Source: Botryllus schlosseri (taxonomy: Eukaryota). Taken from it: 64,000 nt of DNA. The position numbers and the translations under genes are program-made. The DNA is taken from positions 9,240,001 to 9,304,000 of the forward strand of contig CM119371.1 in assembly GCA_051294905.1 (NCBI GenBank), in the 5' to 3' direction. Positions 54,172-64,000 of the stretch are shown here, in pieces; within the stretch, counting starts at the first letter, position 1, and each line of letters opens with the position of its first letter. Under the pieces are notes generated by a model. That model was given only the letters and a program-made list of their open reading frames with translations, was not told the origin of the DNA and ran no database searches.

Positions 54172-56315
54172 CGTCTGCTATGTCATCTCATCGATGGGCA
54201 ATCAGTCACCTTGAACTCGCATGGCTGACTTCTCCGCTATTCTCCACTGCTTCGAAACATCTTCCGATACGCCCTGATCTCCGCTTTCTATATTATATAA
54301 CCGTCCGCTATGTCTCTTTCGCGGGGCCCCGAACTCCGCTTTCAGTATCCGTCCGCTATGTCATCTCATCGAAGGGCAATCAGTCGCCTTGAACTCGCAT
54401 GGCTGACTTCTCCGCTATTCTCCACTGCTTCGAAACATCTTCCGATACGCCCTGATCTCCGCTTTCTATATTATATAACCGTCCGCTATGTCTATTTCGC
54501 GGGGCCCCGAACTCCGCTTTCAGTATCCGTCCGCTATGTCATCTCATCGAAGGGCAATCAGTCGCCTTGAACTCGCATGGCTGACTTCTCCGCTATTCTC
54601 CACTGCTTCGAAACATCTTCCGATACGCCCTGATCTCCGCTTTCTATATTATATAACCGTCCGCTATGTCTATTTCGCGGGGCCCCGAACTCCGCTTTCA
54701 GTATCCGTCCGCTATGTCATCTCATCGACGGGCAATCAGTCGCCAAATTGGCCTTGAACTCGCATGGCTGACTTCTCCGTTATTTTCCACTGCTTCAAAA
54801 CATCTTCCGATACGCCCCGATCTCCGCTTTCCTTGTATTATATAACCGCACGCTATGTCATCTCATCGATGGGCAATCAGTCGCCAAATTGGCCTGAAAC
54901 TCGCATGGCTGAATTCTCCGTTATTCTCTGCTGTTTCGAAATATATTTCGCTACGCCCCGAACTCCGCTTTCAGTATATTATAACGATATAACCGTCCGC
55001 TATGTCATCTCATCGATGGGCAATCAGTCACCAAATTGGCCCGAAACTCGCATGGCTGACTTCTCCGTTATTCTCTGCTGTTTCGAAATATATTTCGCTA
55101 CGCCCCAAACTCCGCTTTCAGTATATTATAACGATATAGCCGTCCGCTGTGTCATCTCATCGATGGGCAATCAGTCGCCCAATTGGCCTTAAACTTGCAT
55201 GGCTGACTTCCCCGTTATTCTCCACTGCTTCGAAACATCTTCCGATACGCCCTGATCTCCGCTTTCTGTATTATATAACCGTCCGCTATATCTATTTCGC
55301 GGCGCCCCGAACTCCGCTTTCAGTATCTGTCCGCTATGTCATCTCATCGAAGGGCAATCAGTCGCCAATTGGCCTTGAACTCGCATGGCTGACTTCTCCG
55401 TTATTCTCCACTGCTTCGAAACATCTTCCGATACGCCCCGAACTCCGCTTTCCTTGTATAACCGCCCGCTATGTCATCTCATCGATGGGCAATCAGTCGC
55501 CCAATTGGCCTTGAACTTGCATGGCTGACTTCTCCGTTATTCTCCACTGCTTCGAAACATCTTCCGATACGCCCCGAACTCCGCTTTCCTTGTATTATAT
55601 AACCGCCCGCTATGTCATCTCATCGATGGGCAATCATGCAGTCGCCCAATTGGCCTTGAACTTGCATGGCTGACTTCTCCGTTATTCTCCACTGCTTCGA
55701 AACATCTTCCGATACGCCCTGATCTCCGCTTTCTATATTATATAACCTTCCGCTATGTCTATTTCGCGGGGCCCCGAACTCCGCTGTCAGTATCCGTCCG
55801 CTATGTCATCTCATCGAAGGGCAATCAGTCGCCTTGAACTCGCATGGCTGACTTCTCTGCTATTCTCCACTGCTTCGAAACATCTTCCGATACGCCCTGA
55901 TCTCCGCTTTCTATATTATATAACCGTCCGCTATGTCTATTTCGCGGGGCCCCGAACTCCGCTTTCAGTATCCGTCCGCTATGTCATCTCATCGACGGGC
56001 AATCAGTCGCCAAATTGGCCTTGGAATAGCATGGCTGACTTCTCCGTTATTCTCCACTGCTTCGAAACATCTTCCGTTACGCCCCGAACTCCGCTTTCTT
56101 TGTACTATATAACCGCCCGCTATGTCATCTCATCGACGGGCAATCAGTCGCCCAATTGGCCTTGAACTTGCATGGCTGACTTCTCCGTTATTCTCCACTG
56201 CTTCGAAACATCTTCCGATACGACCCGATCTCCGCTTTCTATATTATATAACCGTCCGCTATGTCCATTTCGCGGGGTCCCGGACTCCGCTTTCAGTATC
56301 CGTCCGCTATGTCGC
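54172..56315. repeat. Tandem array, right arm of foldback element (~13 units of ~136-188 bp, inverted relative to left arm)
   Basis: CCACTGCTTCGAAACATCTTC (reverse complement of the left-arm motif) recurs. The first three units have a 178-bp period, and two variant units lie at ~54900-55150. Confidence 0.93.
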
Positions 56316-57580
56316 GCGTGTCTATAAAGGTTAATGACCGAAAGCTCCGCTGTCTCCGTCTTTTAGGAATCGGCATTTTTGGCTCTCTCCGCCGTCTCCG
56401 TTGCTTCCGCGTTTTAGGGTCCGTTCTCCGCTGCCTCCGCTGTCTCCGCTGCCTCCGCTTCTCCGTCTTTTAGGGATGCCCGCGCTGAACGGACCCAGAT
56501 TTAACGAAATATATTGGTATAACGCCATTTTAATAATATTCACTAAGGAGTTGGTAAACCTTACTTAATTCCCTGAAGTGAAAACCCGATAAGACCTTTG
56601 TGAGTCGTATATTTTGTCGTGTGAACGTAGATAATAAAACATGAAATCATACGATGTTTTGGATATATACTCTCTCGTGGCTATGAGAGATATGCGGATG
56701 TAATACCACGTAGAGATATTCATTCGTTCATTATTCGCTGACTCGGAAGTCCATTGCATTGCCGTACGTGAGTCAATAAAGTTACAAGTCGTGGAGACAG
56801 AAACAAAATATTTGCGTCAGTGTGATCCATCGAATACGTGTGCAATAGACTGGTCGTGGTACGTCAGCCCACAAGGCCGTACGGCACGGTTTCGCCGGTC
56901 CGTCAAGAGAAGAAACACGCAGCGAATTGTAAACGCAACCTTCTGGAGTCAGATAAAACACAACTATAACATCTACAAACATTCGCTCTGCGTTATACCA
57001 GACATGCTTTAGACGTGATATCTACGCCCTAGACACACTGAAAACAACGTGTGACTTTTAGATGACCTCTATGTCTCCTGTTTTTGTGATATCTGCGATA
57101 TCTCAGTATCTTCACAGTGATATCTGCGATATCTCAATATATCCACAGTAGTGATATGTGTGATGTCTGCGATATATGGGAATATTCGTGGGGCCCTATC
57201 GAATATAAACATTTGTTTACATTCGATATTACCACGATACGATACGATACACGCTGTGTGTGATGGAGCGTATTTCAATTTTAGTGAACCGAGTCGAATT
57301 AGAGGGAAAGGTGTAGCTGTAGATATTTAAATGGGTAGCTGTGTAAATATTATTTGGAATATCAACCAACAGTCTTCCTAGATTTTGTTCGTTGCTGATT
57401 TTTGGTCATATAGCCAACCGGATCTCGCCTCCTTTTACCTTTTAGCCTTCTAGCAACTGTACGTACTACGCAGTAAAGTGGTGTACACATTGTAACTGTA
57501 ATGACTCCTATTCGATCCAGGAAGACACAATTGATGCAGACATTCCTATTGAATAATACATTCATTCACAGATCAAGATC

Positions 57581-60500
57581 ATGAAGACATCTCAGTCTTT
57601 ACATGTATTGCCTGACAGTGCTTGGTCTTGGGTGATTTGCTTCGGCAATGTACTGGCCTCGTTCAGTTCCTTGGGAATATATCGCTGCCTTGGAGTATTT
57701 TACCCTGCAGTCATGTCTGAATTCAATGTGAACTACGCGGAAGTGTCTCTGGTGTCAGGATTGTTCACAGGGAGCATGTCTTTCGGCTGTAAGCATCCTT
57801 TTTATTCGATTCTAGTAGCTGTCAGGAATGTTTTAGCGTTCAAAATTTTATTTCGAACAGCCTTGTTTCTTGTTCTTGTGAAATGGGTGGGCCTCAGAAA
57901 AATTGGAATGGGGACCAATTTGCTTTTGAGTATTTCCGTATTCGTTGCGTCGCAAAGCACCAGCATTACAATGTTTGTGGTGACTTGTGGAGCATTGTGT
58001 GGTAAGTGACTTACCGTAAGTCGGCTATGCATGGGTGAAATTATGAAAATGCAAATTTAAGTCATATTCAAATAACATTACCGACCCGCATTGTCCCATC
58101 GCAATTATTTAATAACGGAAATTCAGTGTATCACAGCGATTCAATAAAACTAACTTGAGTATGGAGCTCTTGCAATCACCCCAACCCTAAAATCAAATCG
58201 CAGATCTGCGTGACTTCCTACCCATGTGTTGAAGGGTTTCCTGGCTACCCATCAACGTACAATCCGTCCTAGTAGCCTAGTAGCTTGCTACCGTAACAGT
58301 CTTGGGCAAGTTTATTACATGATTGTGATCATCCTTGACATGTCCCATTTCATTATTCATATTAGCGAAGAGAAATTGTTCTCAACCCTAAACCAAGTCA
58401 GTAACCCCGTACAGATTCATGAATATGACCCCAACCAATAATTTAAGGATATCACACACAAAACAACGTGTGCATCGAGCATCAGACGCTTGCTAAAATT
58501 TAAATTCATATTTCCTATGTGTATGTCTTTGCGACGCCATGTCAACAAATGTTGTTTATGTGTGATGCCATTGTTAGACAATACTGTTACTTTGTTATAC
58601 TTCAACTTTGTGATACGATTGGTGATATAGGCTTACAATGTTCTTTCCAATTCTCTAGCTTACTAGCTTCTGACGATTACCGCTGACGAGTGTCAGCCAA
58701 AATTATTACAGTTCATTTCAATATTCAATTGTATATTGAAGTTCTGTACCTCCAAGAACCACTTCAGCTGTAGAAAAATAGGAAGAAGTTGGTGATTACT
58801 GATTAGGTTGCATCAGTTTTATTGGGGAAAGTGTCATAAGAAGCTCGTCAAATAGCTCGTTAATCACGGTATGTTCTTGTACATTGTACCTATTTGTAGT
58901 GTCATTAGTCACTTTGCGTTGGCCGCTGAGATACATCTCGCAATTTCGAAAGTGTTCACTTCAGATTAACAGCTAAAACTATGCGGTCGTTCGACCAAAT
59001 CAACTTTTGAAGCTAATAGTTACTTCAGAAATTTTAACACACTTCCACTTGTGTAGTGTCTTGGAAATTCTCACTTTTGCACAACTTGACTGGAACTTGA
59101 ACTTGAACGTCTTAGCTTTACTGTTTCCTCTACTCTTGAGTAGGCTAGCAGCCCTGACCATATAGCCCATCTGATCCACCACTGGTCTGTGCCAAGCGCA
59201 CTCATTGTAAGCTCATAGGACTTGTTAAATAGGGCTGTTCAAAAGTAACTTTTCTCGACTGTTACTGGCTACCAATGTTACCTATAATTTTTCACGAGTC
59301 TGAGCGCTCTCACCATGTCACTGCGCATTCCCTTGGACAACAGTGCGTGACGACTAAAAAAATAGTTATCACTTCGGCTTTTTTTTGTGCGCAGCATATT
59401 TTCTGTCCGTGGAGGCCGTGTCAGAACTGCGCAATTGCGCACACGCGCAGCTTATAGGGAACATTGCTGGCTACCACATGAAATTGTTAGGTTGTCTGAA
59501 AAAAATGATGCACAGCAAATTCGGCTGAATTCCATCCAGTAGAAGAGAAGTTATTAGGGATGAAAATTTCGGATTTGGAAAATATAGCAGCCTATTTACG
59601 GTTGCAAATTCTTTCATTATTTATTACAGATCTAACCACCATAAATGCTATGATTTGAAATCCTAAATTTGAACAGCAGTAACTTCGCTTGTGGGTTGGA
59701 ATCTATTGTGGATCGTTTTTGAAACAATTTAACAATTTCATGGTGGAGCCAGTAAAATTTGATTTGATTTTTTTTAATGAATAGCTTGAGTCCAAAATTT
59801 TCCACTGTGATAACTTCACTTCCACTGGTTGGAATTGAGCCTAAATTAGTTTTCAGCAGGGTTGTAATAACTCGAGTCGCGATTATTTGGTGACTCATCT
59901 TGACTCGAGTCATTTTTTTATGCGTAAGTGACTCGACTCGAGTCTATTTGTGTATTGATTCGTCTTGTACTCGAGTCATCGCGCATGACTCGAACCAAGT
60001 CACACGACTTGAGACTAGGACGACCAAGACAGACATTTCCTAGTAACTTCGAAGAATAGTAATGTTATCACATATGATTGGTATTTCGTCTATTGGTACT
60101 TGTACTTGGAAAACAGGTCCAGAAACTGTTGGGATTCAGGAAAATTACGATATTCTGAATGCAAGCCATTCTATAGGCTATCACTCGAGCAGAGTTAAAA
60201 ATTAGTCGACTTGTCTCGAGTCAAAATTATAAAAATGAGATTGACTTGTGAGTCGGAACCTTGAGACTAGGTTACAACCCTGATGTGCAGGGTTTTTATA
60301 GGTAACGTAACAATGTTATCAAGTTGCAAGTAAAATTTGAAAAAAAGAATCCGGCTAGTCTTTACATCTTACGGTGATGAAAAGCTCAGATACTTCCATC
60401 TTGCAGGATTTTGCGGCGGATTATCAGTCAGCTTGATCTTCCTGAGCATATCGATTTACTACAACAAACATCGCTCGAAAGCGGCTGGATTGACGACTGC

Positions 60501-60632
60501 CGGACTGTCCGTTGGCGGTCTCGTAGCGGCGCCTACTTTATCTGCGCTCGTTGGAGAATATGGATGGCGCGGCGCGATGCTCATTACGTCAGCGGTGACG
60601 CTTCACGCTTGCGTGGGAGCCGCACTGTACAG
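57581..60632 (+). CDS. Second SLC16/MCT-like paralogue, exons 1-3 (3' part not found in window)
   Basis: Exons 57581-57788, 57861-58001 and 60407-60632 have the same lengths (208/141/226 nt) and phases as exons 1-3 of the first gene. Motifs PDSAWSW, YYNKHRSKAAG, EYGWRGAMLI. An acceptor-like ttcacAG just before the ATG suggests an upstream 5'UTR exon. Confidence 0.9.
59273..59466. mobile_element. Short MITE
   Basis: CAATGTT / AACATTG ends; perfect TSD CTGGCTAC. Confidence 0.8.
59857..60282. mobile_element. GACTCGAGTC-rich MITE family, older inverted copy
   Basis: CAGGGTTGTAA / TTACAACCCTG ends; the TSD is degraded. Confidence 0.78.
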
Positions 60633-60870
60633 GTGAATGGAACCAAATTGATTGTAAAATAGGATAGGGTTCGACATGGCTTTCGAGTGATACACAGAGG
60701 TGATCAAAGCATTCAGCGTAGTTAATAAAGTGGAAGTAGAAGTAAAGCAGTATAGTCGCACTCCATCACAAGCAGGATTGTAACGTAACCAAGTCACAAG
60801 GTTCCGAGTCACAAGCCAATCTCACTTTTGTAGTTTTGACTCGAGTCAAGTTCAAGTCGGCGCTCAGCGG

Positions 60871-61444
60871 CAGGGTTGTAACCAAGTCACAAAGCTGCAA
60901 GTCACATGGCATTCTCACATTTTTGGTTTTGACTCGAGTCAAGTCGAGTCATCATAATTCACCACCGAGTCCAAGTCATCGAGCAGAGGGTCGAGTCCGG
61001 GTCACGGTATTATGACTCAAGTCCGAGTCCAAGTCATTGTGTTGACTGCTTAGTTTCCAGGTACAGTCTTGTTAAACCCACTCTTACAACTCTGGTGATA
61101 TCGAATGATTCGCATTTATGAATATACCGATTTTCCTCACTTTTAACAGTTTCTGGTCGCATTTTCAAGTACCAGTACCAATAGACGTAATCCCAATAGG
61201 GTGGTTACTTATATAACTGTTCTTCGAAATTACCATGAAATGTCGGTCTTGGCCGTCTGAATCTCGATTCATATGACTTGGTTCGAGTCATGCGCAACGA
61301 CTCGAGTCCAAGTCGCGTCAAGACACAGATTGACTCGAGTCGCGTCATTTCCGTACCGCTATTTTGAGAAAATGACTCGAGTGAAGTCGAGTCATAAAAA
61401 AATTGTGACTCGAGTCTGACTTGAGTCAAGTCATTACAACCCTG
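60871..61444. mobile_element. GACTCGAGTC-rich MITE inserted into an older copy of its own family (~60773-61640)
   Basis: Perfect TSD CTCAGCGG. The flanks on both sides continue a homologous, more diverged copy. Confidence 0.85.
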
Positions 61445-63942
61445 CTCAGCGGGTCGACACTCTGACTCGAGTCCAAGTCATTGTGTTTGACTGTTCAGTT
61501 TGGAGTTGAGGTTTTGTAAAAGCAACCTTTTACGACTCCGCTTGCTGATATCGAATGCTACGCATTCATAATATACTAATTTTCCTCTCTTTTAGCTGTT
61601 CATGCTTGTATTTTTAAGTATCAGTATCAGTACTTATTGACCAGAGGTGGCCAACCTTTTCCGCCAAAGGGCCACATTCGATTGACGAACTATTGCGCGG
61701 GCCACTAGCCGCGCCAAGCGCGAAAATGTTTTGAAGTTCATAGGTCAATAATATTGTCACTTGACTATATTGCGGGCCTGCTGTATATCGCTGGGCTCAG
61801 TTTGCAAGGACTGGACTATTCGGCGCCTGGACATATCGATATCAAAAGCTTCGACCAACATGCGTCAATCATTTTGTGCCTAGGTTTCACAGTCGACGAT
61901 CTTTCTGCGAGCGCAAACGCAAGGTCGCATATATGTTGAACGACACTTTGTCTCGTAATCGTGGTTATAGTTAGACTTAATCTGACACATTAGACCAGAG
62001 GTCTCAAACTCAAATGTGTTCCCTGGCCAGTTTTCCAGTTTTGACGACGCCGCGGGCCGCAGCATTTATAGGGGTATCCTATGTCTTTCCAAGTAGGCCT
62101 TATTTGGCCGGAATGAATTGTCCTATTGAAAGTGAGCCGATCCAGCAGATTAACAGTAAACACACATCGTCAAAATTTGATTTACTCTTGTATCAATTTG
62201 GGCCTGGCACGAAAAGAATCATCACATTTATAACTATTTGAGAAGAATTGTTGTTGTACTTGATATATATTAATTATAAGATATAGAGACCATATGGGCG
62301 GTCAAATGTATGATGCCATCATAAAAGCTATCGGGTTATAATTTTGCGGCTACTATGTATATTTTAAATTTGACAGATTGATAATAGAGACTGATCTGAG
62401 ATCAAAACGTTTTTAGGTTGGGCATTGTAATTCCAATCCAGGATTCGTGTATACTTCTGATAAGTAGGCTGGGTAATTTCCTGCCAAATCAACAAGGGGG
62501 TTGCACCAAGGTTGGAGAATTTATATGAGATTTGGCACACTGGCTGATGTAGCTTTAGACAGGCCAAATCCAAATTTTTTTTGAAAAATTCTGAAAAAGT
62601 ACCAAGTTATGAGGCTTCAAAGTTTGCACATTTTCCTTGTCACACTTCATTGAACACTGTCAATAATTTTTTCAATGTCATAATTTTAAAGGTAAAAAGC
62701 CGTCAGCGTGGCTGAAATTTGGGGACATGATGCTACTGCTATCCAAGAATTCTTAAATTGATGGCCCAAACATTTCAGAGTATGTTATCATAGAAAATAA
62801 TGTCACCAAAGACTCCTACTGCATGTTTTGGTACCGAAAGTTTACACTCCCATAAATAAAAAGGGGAAAAATTTTAGAAGCCTAAATTCTGGAAAAATAA
62901 TCTTGAATATATTGTCTTTCATTTAATATTGATTCAATTCATTAATTTCCAACTACACCAGTAAAAAACTTCAAATTAATAATTGGATTAGATAAACAAT
63001 GAACTAAAACTTTCAAGGCATTGTTCACTGTGATGTCACAATGCATGGACTGTTAAAGGTGGCTGAATGGAGTAAACTGGCCATGGGAATTAAAGTACAG
63101 TTGTGGCTGAGTAACTAGTCCAATTTTAGTGAGTGAGTGACTTTATTGTCTTAATTTCAACAGGTAAATAACTCATTTGAATGCATAGTTAGAAAGGTGA
63201 TGTCTCAGCTTGAAAATTGCAGTATTGGAAGAAACTTGGAAGAAATTTGCCACAAATTACATTTTACTGCAAAAACCGGGTTGATAACTGTGCCAAGCTT
63301 ATTTCATTGGCCAGCAAGAGAAGATATCTGCTATGTCCCATTTTCTCATATACTTCTTTGCATTGACATGCCTTCAACTTTAGTGGCAGGCAGTACAAAG
63401 TACATGAAGACAATATCCAAAAAATACAGAACATTTTCCATGGATTGGGCAATTGAGATGCTTTTGTACAAGTATGCTACGAGATCAATTTCATTTTCTT
63501 TTAGTTATGTGGTATATGATTAGAGAAACTGTTAATTCCAGACCAATTAGCATGGGAAATTTGGATTGAATTACATGTATTCATTTACAGTAGGCCTATA
63601 CAACCATTTTATGTGAATTTCGTTTGTTAAGCTTGTTTGGTTTGTGACGTCATAATTGGAAATGCTAAAAATTCACAGTAATCAGAAATTGTCCAATTTC
63701 CACCTGATAACGTGGAAATTAATTGTTCATTTTTTGTAGCAAGGTAGAATGCTCATTGAAAAGTCGACTTTTATCAAAATACACCAGCCAAGGCTGTGTC
63801 AACAAAAAGAGTTCGTGTATCATCTAAAAATAGTACATTGAACGCTCTCGTATTCGACATTTCGTGCTGGTGACGTCATATTTTGTGCTACGATTGTTGA
63901 TATACGCTGTTCTTTCGAATTCTCTACTAGTTGCTGACGATT

Positions 63943-63976
63943 ACCCCTGACGAGTGTCAGCCGAAAATATTCGGGT
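63943..63976 (+). ncRNA. Putative minimal type-I hammerhead ribozyme, third copy
   Basis: Identical to 39420-39453, and lies in the same repeat (63921-64000, cut by the window edge). Confidence 0.72.
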
Positions 63977-64000
63977 TCATTTTAATATGAATATGCTATT

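Larger units (their letters stand above)
50289..56481. mobile_element. Foldback-type DNA transposon (non-autonomous) with long modular TIRs and 9-bp TSD
   Basis: Ends GGGCATCCCTAAAAGACGGAGA / TCTCCGTCTTTTAGGGATGCCC. GCGCTGAAC is duplicated at 50280-50288 and 56482-56490. The arms (~50289-51935 and ~54172-56481) are reverse complements built of tandem units. Confidence 0.9.

Noticed and set aside
50470..56315. Regularly spaced repeats resembling a CRISPR array or a repetitive protein (MSSHRRAIS... ORFs)
   Set aside because: The sequences between motifs are themselves repeated rather than unique spacers, there are no cas genes, and the context is eukaryotic. The ORFs arise in several frames and are broken by unit-length indels.
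57581..58009. 142-aa ORF as a single-exon protein
   Set aside because: It is exon 1 + 72-nt intron + exon 2. The paralogue defines the splice sites.

Overview
This is eukaryotic, intron-rich and AT-rich DNA that looks like an invertebrate animal; the species cannot be determined from sequence alone. It holds three spliced loci that I assembled by hand: a complete 7-exon SLC16/monocarboxylate-transporter-like gene (+, 3684-15124, 429 aa), the first three exons of a tandem paralogue (+, from 57581), and between them a minus-strand STE11/MAP3K-like kinase whose HRD codon is frameshifted and whose N-lobe exons I could not find. A truncated histone H2B pseudogene is also present. Most of the rest is transposon-derived, including many short TIR elements with 8-bp target-site duplications (TSDs), several of them nested, and Penelope and DNA-transposase relics. 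Three structures stand out. (1) A 6.2-kb foldback element (50289-56481) has a perfect 9-bp TSD and kilobase inverted arms built from ~140-188-bp tandem modules. (2) A repeat family carries a minimal type-I hammerhead ribozyme motif, including a back-to-back inverted pair inside a 13-bp direct repeat (39274-39473). (3) An 841-bp non-coding LTR element (TRIM-like, 46008-46848) has near-identical LTRs, a PBS, a PPT and a 4-bp TSD. Most ORFs in the supplied track are spurious readings of repeats or exon read-throughs. All coordinates were counted by eye and no database searches were run.
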